Assembly (NCBI GenBank): GCA_009692845.1
Contig: SHYK01000007.1
Span: 6,631 to 70,630, forward strand
Direction of reading: 5' to 3'
Origin: Chloroflexota bacterium
GTDB taxonomy: Bacteria > Chloroflexota > UBA6077 > SHYK01
DNA: 64,000 bases
Below, in pieces: positions 19,606 to 28,480 of the stretch. Numbering within the stretch: position 1 is the stretch's first letter; each line of letters opens with the position of its first letter. Position numbers and translations under genes: made by a program. The notes beneath the pieces are model-generated. The model was not told the origin of the DNA. It did no database searches and worked only from the letters and a program-made list of their open reading frames with translations.

Positions 19606-20932
19606 CGAGTGCGCAGGTGCGGAATCCGGCCCATACGTCCCGCCGGTCGGGCGGGTAGAAGTTCCGATAAGCACTCCGGATGAGCCTGGATCGGGTGGCC
19701 CAACATCCCCCCCGAAGCACTTTGTGGCCGAAAAACCAGGGCTCCGAATATTCCTTATAAGGTCCTGGAGCAAAACCCGGGAAGGGACCAAAATCGGTAG
19801 CCGTCCACTCCCAGACGTTACCGATCATTTGCCGGCACCCAAAGGCGCTGTCCCCGGCCGGAAGGGCGGACACCGGAAGGGTCCCCATCACCGCCCAGTC
19901 GAGGTTGGCCCGGTCGGGCGTCGGCGCCTCATCGCCCCAAGGGTAAACCCGCTTAGAGCCAGCATCCCCGCCGGGAGTCCCAGTCGCGGCAAGCTCCCAC
20001 TCCACTTCGGTGGGCAGGCGACGCCCGGCCCACCGGCAAAAGGCGTCGGCTTCGTACCAGTTGACGTGAAGGACCGGCAGGGCCGCTTCCAGCGAGACCC
20101 AGTGGTCGAAGTTTCTGCGTAACCATTCGCCATTCGGACCTTGCTGCCAGTAGACAGGGTGCTCGGCGCCCACGCTGTTGCGCCACCACCATCCCTCGGC
20201 CGTCCAGAGATCTCTCCGCCCGTAGCCCCCGTCCTCGACAAAATTCAGATACTCGCGGTTGCTCACGGCGGTCCGGGCGAGGGCGAAAGGCTTCACTTCG
20301 ACGGGGTGCGCCCACTGCTCGTTGTCGAAAACGAACGGTTCGGTGGGCCGGCTGCCAAGGTACAACGTCGCCCCCGGAACGTGCGCATCCCCGAGCGCCG
20401 GGCTCAGCTCTTCGATCCTGTGGCCAGGCAGCGCGGCTTCCCGGCCTGGGAAGCGCGGCGCTGGATAGCCCAGGGTTTGGCGGGTGTACGTGAAAGCCTC
20501 GTCGTGCATTCCCTCATGGAGAAGCGCGAGCTCCATGAAGTACGGGCCGCGGTAGCCATCCCGATCACGCGGCTCCTCGAGCTCGTGCTCGCGCTCGCAG
20601 ATCGTGTCCAGCACCCGCTGCATGTACCCGAGCGTGCTATCCCGGTCCAACAGAGGAAGCGCCCAGCGCGGATCGTGCGGAACCGTGGCGGAGTTGTAGA
20701 GTGCATCCCCATCGCTCAGAATGGGCTCCGCCCCCAGGAAATACCGCAGCACAAAATACTCGTAGAACCAGGCCACGTGTCCGATCTCCCAGCGGAGCGG
20801 ATTCACGAGGGGTAGGCTTAGCCCCATCAGCTGCTGCTCGTCGAGGTCAGCCACTAGAGCGAGGGTCCGCTCGCGAGCCTCCCGCAACGCGGGAATGAGC
20901 TCAGCCGCGGAACGGGAGCTTCTCAAAGTCAT
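19598..20932 (-). CDS. senA: EgtB-family DinB_2 + FGE-sulfatase-domain enzyme; SenA-like (putative selenoneine synthase) by adjacency to senB
   Basis: NPLRWEIGHVAWFYEYF is DinB-like. HVNWYEADAFCRWAGRRLPTEVEWE...GNVWEWT...RGGCWAT is the FGE-sulfatase part. The start is ambiguous: ATG 20932 or TTG 20971. Confidence 0.7.
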   Translation of the reverse strand: MTLRSSRSAAELIPALREARERTLALVADLDEQQLMGLSLPLVNPLRWEIGHVAWFYEYFVLRYFLGAEPILSDGDALYNSATVPHDPRWALPLLDRDSTLGYMQRVLDTICEREHELEEPRDRDGYRGPYFMELALLHEGMHDEAFTYTRQTLGYPAPRFPGREAALPGHRIEELSPALGDAHVPGATLYLGSRPTEPFVFDNEQWAHPVEVKPFALARTAVSNREYLNFVEDGGYGRRDLWTAEGWWWRNSVGAEHPVYWQQGPNGEWLRRNFDHWVSLEAALPVLHVNWYEADAFCRWAGRRLPTEVEWELAATGTPGGDAGSKRVYPWGDEAPTPDRANLDWAVMGTLPVSALPAGDSAFGCRQMIGNVWEWTATDFGPFPGFAPGPYKEYSEPWFFGHKVLRGGCWATRSRLIRSAYRNFYPPDRRDVWAGFRTCALDG

Positions 20933-21073
20933 GGAGCCGCAGTTTGGCAGAAACCATGGGCCGGTTTCCAACTGGTGTGCTCGACCCGCTAACCCAACCG
21001 TGTCCAGGTGACACCTGGAGAAAAGGCGGACATGGTGTGCAAGCGAATTTTGGAGTTTACTGCCCGCTGGGGC

Positions 21074-21973
21074 CTAGGCTCCGTTCTTGGCCTGACGCAG
21101 CACGAAGTCAACGAATCGCCGAGCGACGGGTGGCAACAGACGGCGCTCTTCCCGTACGAGGTAAAGAGTGCGACGGATGGGAACGCCCGCAATACGCACC
21201 GCGACAACCTCATTCTTCTGGGCAGGGTCGATCGCCATGGATGAGACGAAGCCGACCCCGTACCCGGCCCGAACTGCCGACACTATGGCCTGGGTGGTGC
21301 TCAGAGTCATCGCTACTCGGTAAGGAGGCAGGGCGAGACCTCTTTGCCAAAGCGCCCATTTCACATTGAGAATGGTGCCTGAACCGTCCTCCCGTTCCAC
21401 AAACCGCTGAGTGGCGAGCGCAGCAAGTGGAACCTCCGGACCACGAGCGAACGGGTGGCTTCCGGCCACCGCCAGGACGACCTCGTCCTCTCCGACCGGG
21501 TAGAGGTGGAGCCCAGGGCGCTGCATGGGAGCGCCCACGAAGCCCATATGCCAACGGCCCTCCAGAAGCTCCTCAACGACCCGGCTTGACGCGGTCGTGA
21601 ATACGACCGGTCTCACCTCCGGGTAGGCTTCAGTGAACTCGGCCACCAGGCGAGGCACCAGGAATTCGCCGGGAGTGGTGCTCGCAATGATTCGGAGCTC
21701 GCCGCCGAGACTGGCTTCGGCTCCCAGAAGCTCATCGAGCATCTGGTGATGGCGCGCGATGACGTCGCTGGCGAAGGCACGATAGCGCTCGCCGGCTGGG
21801 GTGCAACTCACCCCTTCCCGGGCGCGCGCGAGCAGCGCGACGCCGAGGGAGCGTTCAAGCTTTTGAATCTGGCGGGTGAGGCCCGGCTGGCTGATTCCGA
21901 GCTCTCGAGCGGCCGCTGTAAAACTGCCGCGCTCTGCGACCAACAAGAAATTTTCGAGAGTGCTTACATCCAC
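21074..21973 (-). CDS. LysR family transcriptional regulator
   Basis: LENFLLVAERGSFTAAARELGISQPGLTRQIQKLERSLGVALL is an HTH followed by a LysR substrate-binding domain. It uses a GTG start, is divergent from the permease, and is co-directional with senAB. Confidence 0.9.
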   Translation of the reverse strand: MDVSTLENFLLVAERGSFTAAARELGISQPGLTRQIQKLERSLGVALLARAREGVSCTPAGERYRAFASDVIARHHQMLDELLGAEASLGGELRIIASTTPGEFLVPRLVAEFTEAYPEVRPVVFTTASSRVVEELLEGRWHMGFVGAPMQRPGLHLYPVGEDEVVLAVAGSHPFARGPEVPLAALATQRFVEREDGSGTILNVKWALWQRGLALPPYRVAMTLSTTQAIVSAVRAGYGVGFVSSMAIDPAQKNEVVAVRIAGVPIRRTLYLVREERRLLPPVARRFVDFVLRQAKNGA

Positions 21974-22082
21974 GAAGTAGCTCCAGCGCCAAGCACATAA
22001 AAGCGAACCAACGGGCAGAGACTATTGAGGGGATTTCTATGCGAATTTAGCATGCACTTCGCCTTCTCCGCATCGGTTCTTT

Positions 22083-23210
22083 ATGCTGCGTCTCAATTCA
22101 TCCGGTCATCCGGGCGAGTCTATGGGGGCGAATTTGGACCAGACGACCCAAGTTACCGCAATCGCCCTGAACCGCCGAAACGAATATCTGCGCGGCTTCG
22201 GCTTGCTATTGGTGATCGCGGTTGCCGGGCTCGCTTATGTGAAGTGGGAGCCGTACTGGGCCCGTAGCTTTGTCGTGGCGGTCAGCCACAATCTCGGCGC
22301 TTCAATCGTCTCCGGTCAGGGGGCGGTTGCCCCTGAACCATCGCTGGCCGCCGCGTGGGACTATGCTCGGGTCTATTTCGATCGCATCTGGATGGCAATG
22401 GTACTGGGGCTATTGCTGGCCGCCACGGTGGATGCGCTAGTGCCCCACGATTGGTTGGCCCGAGTGCTTGGCAGTACTCGGCTACGAAGCACAGGTTTGG
22501 GCGCGCTGTTAGCGTTGCCCGGCATGATGTGAAGCTGCTGTGCAGCGCCGGTGGCGCTGTCGCTCCGCAGAGGCGGCGCATCCCTCGGAGCCGCGGTGGC
22601 TTTCGCAGTTGGAAATCCAACCCTCAATATCGCCGTGCTGGTCTGGCTGGTGTTTGCCTTAGGTTGGCAATGGGCAGCTCTCCGACTGGTCTTCGGGATC
22701 GCCCTGGTTTTGGGGGCCGCCGCTCTCGCGACTCGACTTCAGGGTCCGACGTCGGTCCTACCGGATCTGGTAGAGCCGGCCGTCGTTTCATCGCCGGACC
22801 AAACCGGCTGGGCCATGCGATGGGTGCGGTCGCTGCTCCGCTTCACGGTTCAGCTTGTTCCGCTCATGATTGTGCTCGTCTTGTTGATGGGCGGGGCGCG
22901 GGCTTGGCTGTTTCCGGCGATCGGCGCAGACTGGGGTAACAGCTGGATTGCCGTGCTCGGCTTCGCCGTCGCCGGTATGCTGTTCCCGATCCCGACCGGC
23001 GCCGAGATCCCGATTATTCAATCGATGATGGGGTTCGGACTCGGTCCGGCCCCAGCTGCGGCATTGCTGCTCACCCTCGCCCCGACCAACCTCGCATCTC
23101 TGGCCATGATGACTCATGCTTTTTCGTGGCGGGTGGTGGCAGCGATCGCGGGGGTCACGGTAGTTGTAGGCATCGGGGCCGCGATCGTCGCGGGAGCCCT
23201 AGGGCTCTAG
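22083..23210 (+). CDS. UPF0718/ArsP-type (PF03773-like) permease with an in-frame TGA; candidate selenocysteine-containing transporter
   Basis: ORFs 22083..22532 and 22551..23210 are in the same frame. They are separated only by TGA 22530-22532 and six sense codons. The read-through gives ...LLALPGMM-U-SCCAAPVALSLRRGGASLGAAVAFAVGNPTLN. The U aligns with the first Cys of the family's P-x-C-S-C membrane motif. A hairpin follows 10 nt after the TGA. Confidence 0.6.
22543..22559 (+). promoter_or_regulatory. SECIS-like hairpin downstream of the permease TGA
   Basis: CAGCGC(C)-GGU-(G)GCGCUG: a 6-7 bp GC stem whose apical loop contains GGU. The stem starts 10 nt after the UGA, and the loop lies about 20 nt from the U of the UGA. 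Confidence 0.5.
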
Positions 23211-23236
23211 ATACTCGCTGCGCACGGCGGGACATT

Positions 23237-24523
23237 TTATCCGTCGCTAGCGAGCCGAATCCCGGTGAATTGCCAGCGGGCATCGGGCGGGAAGAAGTTC
23301 CGATAGCTCGCCCGAATGTGCGACCGGGGGGTCACGCAGGACCCACCCCGTAACACCATCTGATTCACCACGAATTTCCCGTTGTATTCGCCCAGGTTGC
23401 CGTCAAGCGGGCGGAAGCCCGGGTAGGGCAGGTAAGCGCTCCCGGTCCATTCCCAGACGTCGCCGTAGAGCTGACTGAGGTGAATCGCCGCGCCATTCGT
23501 GGATCGAGCTACCCCGGGATGGAATGCCCCCGATTCGAGGAAGTTGCCCTCGATCGGCTGAGCACTGGCAGCGTGCTCCCATTCCTGCTCGGTGGGCAGG
23601 CGCTCTCCCGCCCAGCGGGCGAAGGCGTCCGCTTCGTAGTAGCTGACGTGGCAGACCGGCGCCGCGAGGTCGACGGGCTGCATGCCCCCGAGGGTAAAGT
23701 TCTGCCATCCGTCGTCGCTCCGTTCCCAGTACCGGGGCGCCTCCCCGCCCTGGGTTTGGGCGCTGGCCCGGCCAGCCGAGAGCCATAGCTCAGGCCGCTC
23801 GTAACCGCCGTCCGCGATGAACTCGAGAAACTCGGCATTCGTGACCAGCCGCGACGCCATCTGGAAAGGCGCCAAGAGGACCTCATGGCGGGGGCCCTCG
23901 TTATCGAAACTGAACCCGTTCCCATCATGCCCAATGGATTGAATTCCGCCCGAAAACCGAACCCACTGGGGAGGCAAGGGGGTGGAGTGACTGGATGGAT
24001 TCGCCTGGAAAACGGGCCGCAGCGGATTTACCGAGAGGTTGAACTTGATATCGGTCAGGAGCAATTCCTGGTGCTGCTGTTCATGGTTAAGCCCTAATTC
24101 CACCCGATCCGCGAATTCTGGCCCGTTCGCCAACTCGAACAGGGCCGCCATCCCATCATCGACGTGGGCCCGATAGGCGAAGACCTCAGCCACCGTGGGT
24201 CGGGAGAGATGACCGCGATTGGGTCGCGAAAACTGAGGACCCACGGTGTTGTAGTAGGAGTTGAAGAGGTACTCGTAGCGGGGATCGATCGGCCGGTAGC
24301 TGGGCAGAAAAGGTTTGAGCAGGAATGTCTCAAAGAACCAGGAGACGTGGGCGAGATGCCACTTGGTGGGGCTGACGTCCGGCATGGCCTGGATGACGAA
24401 GTCTTCGGGAACGAGAGTCGCACAGAGCGCTTCGGTGAGCGAGCGCACTTCCCGGTAGCGGCTGGCCAGGGATCGCCCCTCACCAGTGGGCGCACCTGCC
24501 CCGGGCATCGCAGTTAGGTGCAT
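23237..24523 (-). CDS. egtB: EgtB (hercynine oxygenase / sulfoxide synthase family)
   Basis: PDVSPTKWHLAHVSWFFETF is the DinB_2 part. HVSYYEADAFARWAGERLPTEQEWE...GDVWEWTGSAY...RGGSCVT is the FGE-sulfatase part. gggagg lies 5 nt upstream of the ATG. Confidence 0.8.
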   Translation of the reverse strand: MHLTAMPGAGAPTGEGRSLASRYREVRSLTEALCATLVPEDFVIQAMPDVSPTKWHLAHVSWFFETFLLKPFLPSYRPIDPRYEYLFNSYYNTVGPQFSRPNRGHLSRPTVAEVFAYRAHVDDGMAALFELANGPEFADRVELGLNHEQQHQELLLTDIKFNLSVNPLRPVFQANPSSHSTPLPPQWVRFSGGIQSIGHDGNGFSFDNEGPRHEVLLAPFQMASRLVTNAEFLEFIADGGYERPELWLSAGRASAQTQGGEAPRYWERSDDGWQNFTLGGMQPVDLAAPVCHVSYYEADAFARWAGERLPTEQEWEHAASAQPIEGNFLESGAFHPGVARSTNGAAIHLSQLYGDVWEWTGSAYLPYPGFRPLDGNLGEYNGKFVVNQMVLRGGSCVTPRSHIRASYRNFFPPDARWQFTGIRLASDG

Positions 24524-24701
24524 TTCGCCTCCCGAAAGACGTAGGCCAGCCCATGATGGGGCATCTAAGCGACTAGCTTCGTCCCTGAGGATGCCGAATT
24601 CGCATCATGCTGGCTACAGTAATGCCAAATAGTCATGCAAGAGGCGGTCTCTGAACTGGCTTCGGCAGTGCGAAGCTATAGCGAGCGAGGGGCGCGATGA
24701 G

Positions 24702-25751
24702 CTAGGGCTGAACCAGAATACGGCCGGCTTGGCCTTCGATGAGCTTGCCCACTTGCGCGGCCGCCAGAGTGCCGGCCTCCTTGAGGCGGGCCACTAGCTC
24801 CTCCGCTCGGTCCTCGCTGACCGCGATCAGCAATCCGCCCGAGGTCTGGGCATCGGCGAGAACCGTGCGGGTGGTCGTGTCAACCTCCGCCCAATCGACA
24901 AATGGCTCCAGGAACCCCTCGTTGGCCCGCGTGCCACCTGGGACCACGCCCTCTTCGATGAGCTCTCGCACCCGAGGCAACACCGGCATCGCGCTCGACT
25001 GCAGGACGGCTGCCACGCCGCTCGCTACCGCCATCGTATGAAGATGACCCAGCAGCCCAAACCCGGTCACGTCCGTGCACGCGTGTGGCCCCACCGCCAG
25101 CATCACGTCCCCGGCGGCGCGGTTGAGCTCAGCCATCACTCGAGTCACCTCGGCGATCTCCGACTCAGCCAGCTTCCCAGCTTTGATAGCCGTCGTGAGC
25201 ACGCCGGAGCCGAGGGGCTTGGTGAGGACCAACACATCCCCTGGGCGCCCGCCCGCGTTGCTGATAATCCGATCCGGGTGGATCGTTCCAACTACCGCAT
25301 AACCGCACTTTGGCTCGGGATCGTCAACGGTGTGGCCACCCACCACTTCGACGCCCGCCTCGCGGGCCTTCTCGGCCCCGCCGAGCAGGATTTGCTCGAG
25401 ATCGGACCAGGGCAGCGTTCCCCGCGGGAAGCCGACAAAACTCAGCATTGCGGTCGGCTTGGCGCCCATCGCGTAGACATCCGAGAGCGAGTTCGCCGCC
25501 GCTATCGCGCCAAACTGGTACGGGTCATCCACGACCGGCGTGAAGATATCGATCGTCAACGCGAGCGCTAGCTCGTCATTCAAGCGATAGATAGCGGCGT
25601 CATCGCCGGTGCCGAAACCTACCAGGACATTCGGATCGATGCTAACTGGGAGCGCGCCCAACACGCGGGCGAGATCGGCGGCGCCGATCTTGCCTGCTCA
25701 ACCAGCGCAGTGGGACAGGCTAGTTAGCCGAATGATGTCTTCACGAGTCAC
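24702..25751 (-). CDS. selD: Selenide, water dikinase (selenophosphate synthetase) with selenocysteine at the catalytic position; SenC equivalent
   Basis: The track ORF (24702..25664) lacks the N-terminus. Extending in frame gives GTG(25751) TREDIIRLTSLSHCAG-TGA(25700-25698)-AGKIGAADLARVLGALP. This aligns with E. coli ...LTQYSHGAGCGCKI, with the TGA on Cys17. The SD gggggtga lies upstream, and an in-frame stop lies just 5' of the GTG. Confidence 0.9.
25672..25690 (-). promoter_or_regulatory. SECIS-like hairpin downstream of the selD TGA
   Basis: On the coding strand, AGAUCGG-CGCCG-CCGAUCU (7-8 bp stem) starts 7 nt after the UGA. Confidence 0.45.
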
Positions 25752-25907
25752 GAAAGCTCACCCCCTTCTTCATGGCCTCGAAGTCTGAACGAGTCATGCG
25801 GAGTAGGATACGCAATTCCACCCGCCGGTAGGGTCAGGGCTCGTGCTGATCGCGGTATAACAGCGCGCACCCAGAGTCCCGCACCCAGAGTCCATGAGAG
25901 GCCATTG

Positions 25908-26897
25908 ATGCAAGTCGCGAGCGAAGACCGTCTAAAGATCGAAGTATGCTTCGACCCGGCTGACCAAGCCGGGACCATGGCGGATGAGGTGCGGCGGGGC
26001 CTCACCGCAACCCAAAAGTGGCTTCCCTGCAAGTATTTTTACGACGAGACGGGCTCAGCTCTTTTCGAGCAGATTACCGAGCTACCGGAGTACTACCTCA
26101 CCCGGACCGAGCTCGCGATCTTGCAAAACATCGCCACCCCCCTCGCCCTGGCCCATCCGTTCGAGGAAGTCGTCGAAATCGGGGCCGGCTCGGCCAAGAA
26201 GACGACGACGTTGCTCGACGCGCTCGCGGCGGCCGGCTCCCTCCGCCGCTACCTCCCGATCGACGTGGATGGGACGATGGTGCTCAGCTGCGGGCAGGCG
26301 ATGCTGGCGCGATACCCGCAACTGGAGGTGAGCGGCCTGGTGGCCGACTTCCAGAAACACCTGAGTCGAGTAGCCCCGGCCCGCGGGCGTCGCCTGGTCA
26401 TCTTCCTCGGCAGTACCTTCGGAAACCTGAATGAGGAAGAACGGCAGCGGTTTTTGGCCGAGGTCCGGCCGCTGCTGGGGCCGACCGACCGCTTCCTGAT
26501 GGGCATCGACCTCGTAAAGGACGTCGCCACCCTCGAGGCGGCCTATGACGACGCCGCCGGAGTGACCGCCGCGTTCAATCGCAACATCCTGACCGTCTTA
26601 AATTCCGCATTGAAAGCCGACTTCGACCCGGCTGCCTATCGACACCGGGCGTTCTTTAACCGAGCGCTGGATCGCATCGAGATGCACCTGGCCCCCGCGA
26701 CAGCCCAGCACGTCGTGCTGCAGGCGCTGGACCTCGCTATCACGGTGCAGGCCAACGAAACGATCTTCACCGAAATCTCCTGCAAGTACACTCGAGCAAC
26801 GCTGGAGCACCTCCTGGCTGAAACGGATTTCAGCCTCACCGAATGGCACACCGACCCTGAGGGGAAGTTCGCCGTATTGCTCGCCGGACCGAGATAG
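25908..26897 (+). CDS. egtD: L-histidine N-alpha-methyltransferase (hercynine synthase)
   Basis: LPCKYFYDETGSALFEQITELPEYYLTRTELAIL...EIGAGSAKKT...FLGSTFGN is the EgtD signature. The gene is divergent from selD. Confidence 0.9.
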   Translation: MQVASEDRLKIEVCFDPADQAGTMADEVRRGLTATQKWLPCKYFYDETGSALFEQITELPEYYLTRTELAILQNIATPLALAHPFEEVVEIGAGSAKKTTTLLDALAAAGSLRRYLPIDVDGTMVLSCGQAMLARYPQLEVSGLVADFQKHLSRVAPARGRRLVIFLGSTFGNLNEEERQRFLAEVRPLLGPTDRFLMGIDLVKDVATLEAAYDDAAGVTAAFNRNILTVLNSALKADFDPAAYRHRAFFNRALDRIEMHLAPATAQHVVLQALDLAITVQANETIFTEISCKYTRATLEHLLAETDFSLTEWHTDPEGKFAVLLAGPR

Positions 26898-26970
26898 CCA
26901 GGTCTGGGCTCGCACGAGGGCGACCCCTTGGAGCGCGAGCTAATCGAGTTTCCCCCTGGGAGGAGCGTTT

Positions 26971-27918
26971 TTGAGGCCTGATCATTCCGAGACGCCCCAA
27001 CTGCCCCATGAGATCATGCAGCGATGGAACGTTGCGCCGACGGACTATTTGGGCGGTCGGCACAACCAGCACTGGCTTGTCCAATCCAGGGGGAGCCGGC
27101 TCGTGGTGCGTGGCTACTCTCCGGAGACCTGGGACGACATTGCCTACGAGCTAGAGGTCTTGCGGCAACTGGCAGCGCTCGGATGGCCAGTCCCCACCCT
27201 GGTCGAGCCACCGACTCATTTCGCGGGACAGACCTGGTGCTTGTTCACCTGGCTCCCCGGGGCACCACCCGAACTAGCAGATAGTTCAAAAGAGAGACGG
27301 GCAAGAGGGCGGCTCCTCGCCGAGCTGCACGAATCGACCGCCCTCATTGGGGACATGGGTCAACGAGGCGGCTTCTGCCGGTCGGACGATCTTGTGGGCG
27401 ATCCCGAGCTTCTGTCCTTGGTTCAGCACTACGAACGCGTTTGTCCGGCTGAGGGACACATCCTCCGATGGCATCTCGACCAGGCGCGAGAGAGCTTTGA
27501 ACGGATCGACCTCAATGGCGCAGAGACGCTTGTGCTGCACAGCGACTTTGCCCCATGGAACCTCTTACTCCGGGATGAGCGGCTCAGCGGTGTACTGGAT
27601 TTCGAGTCGACCCACCTGAACTATCGGGTCGCTGACTTTGCGCTGGCCTGGCGCGGCGATCAGGACGAGATCCTTGACGGCTACCAGGAAGTCCATAAGT
27701 TGACTGACCTGGATTGGAACCTGCTCGTTCCTGTGTACTGGGCATGGATGTTCCTCGGCGTCAAGAAGGGCATCAGGGCGATGACATCGGGAGCATTGCC
27801 CTCACCAAACTTTGATTGGCAGATCAAGCATCTACTCAAGCACTCCGGGTTGGTTGGTCAGCTGGCGCCTCCATATCCGGGGCGGGCAGGGAATCAAACT
27901 GGGGCGACCCTTGAATGA
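26971..27918 (+). CDS. Phosphotransferase (APH / choline-kinase-like) family protein
   Basis: LVLHSDFAPWNLLLRDERLSGVLDFESTHLNYRVADFA is the Brenner/APH catalytic-loop pattern. Confidence 0.7.
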   Translation: MRPDHSETPQLPHEIMQRWNVAPTDYLGGRHNQHWLVQSRGSRLVVRGYSPETWDDIAYELEVLRQLAALGWPVPTLVEPPTHFAGQTWCLFTWLPGAPPELADSSKERRARGRLLAELHESTALIGDMGQRGGFCRSDDLVGDPELLSLVQHYERVCPAEGHILRWHLDQARESFERIDLNGAETLVLHSDFAPWNLLLRDERLSGVLDFESTHLNYRVADFALAWRGDQDEILDGYQEVHKLTDLDWNLLVPVYWAWMFLGVKKGIRAMTSGALPSPNFDWQIKHLLKHSGLVGQLAPPYPGRAGNQTGATLE

Positions 27919-27931
27919 TGCGGAGGACGCC

Positions 27932-28480
27932 GTGATTGAGCTCCCAAGCGACGACCTCTGCGTGCTTAACGCGAGCCGGATAGTCCTCTCGCCTATGGTC
28001 GCCAGCGATGCGGACGAGCTATTTGAACTCCTCGTGGAGCCGAGCCTCTATGAATTTACCGGTGGAGCGGGACCAGTCTCAGTCGAGGAGTTGCGCGAGC
28101 AGCTCCGCAAATGGGAAAGCCGACATTCGCCCCAGGGCAATGAACTCTGGCTGAACTGGACCCTTCGGCTAAGGGGAACTGGAACCCTGGTAGGTTACGT
28201 ACAGGCGTCGATCAGGGGCAGCCGAGCCGAGCTAGCCTGGGTGGTCGGTTTGCCACATCAAGGAAAAGGATACGCGTCCGAAGCGAGCCAGTCGATCAGT
28301 GAATGGCTGAGGGCGCGCCTGGGTGTTGAGGAACTGCGGGCCAACATCCAAGCACGTCATCTCGCGTCCCAAGCCGTAGCCCGGAAGCTAGGACTCGAAA
28401 AAACGCCGAAAATGAGCGGCGACGAGGAGGTGTGGTCGTCGGCGCCCGGTCTCACGCTCGGACGCGCGGAGGCTCACTAA
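27932..28480 (+). CDS. GNAT family N-acetyltransferase (RimJ/RimL-like)
   Basis: IVLSPMVASDADELFELL...LVGYVQAS...AELAWVVGLPHQGKGYASEA...ANIQARHLASQAVARKLGL. I chose the GTG at 27932 because ggagga lies upstream. Confidence 0.8.
   Translation: MIELPSDDLCVLNASRIVLSPMVASDADELFELLVEPSLYEFTGGAGPVSVEELREQLRKWESRHSPQGNELWLNWTLRLRGTGTLVGYVQASIRGSRAELAWVVGLPHQGKGYASEASQSISEWLRARLGVEELRANIQARHLASQAVARKLGLEKTPKMSGDEEVWSSAPGLTLGRAEAH

Noticed and set aside
26971-28480. The APH-family kinase and the GNAT downstream of egtD as possible tailoring enzymes of ergothioneine or selenoneine.
   Set aside because: They share a strand with egtD but are separated from it by a 73-bp gap. Both are very common, promiscuous families. 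I have no specific evidence, so I note them only as candidates to watch in comparative analysis.
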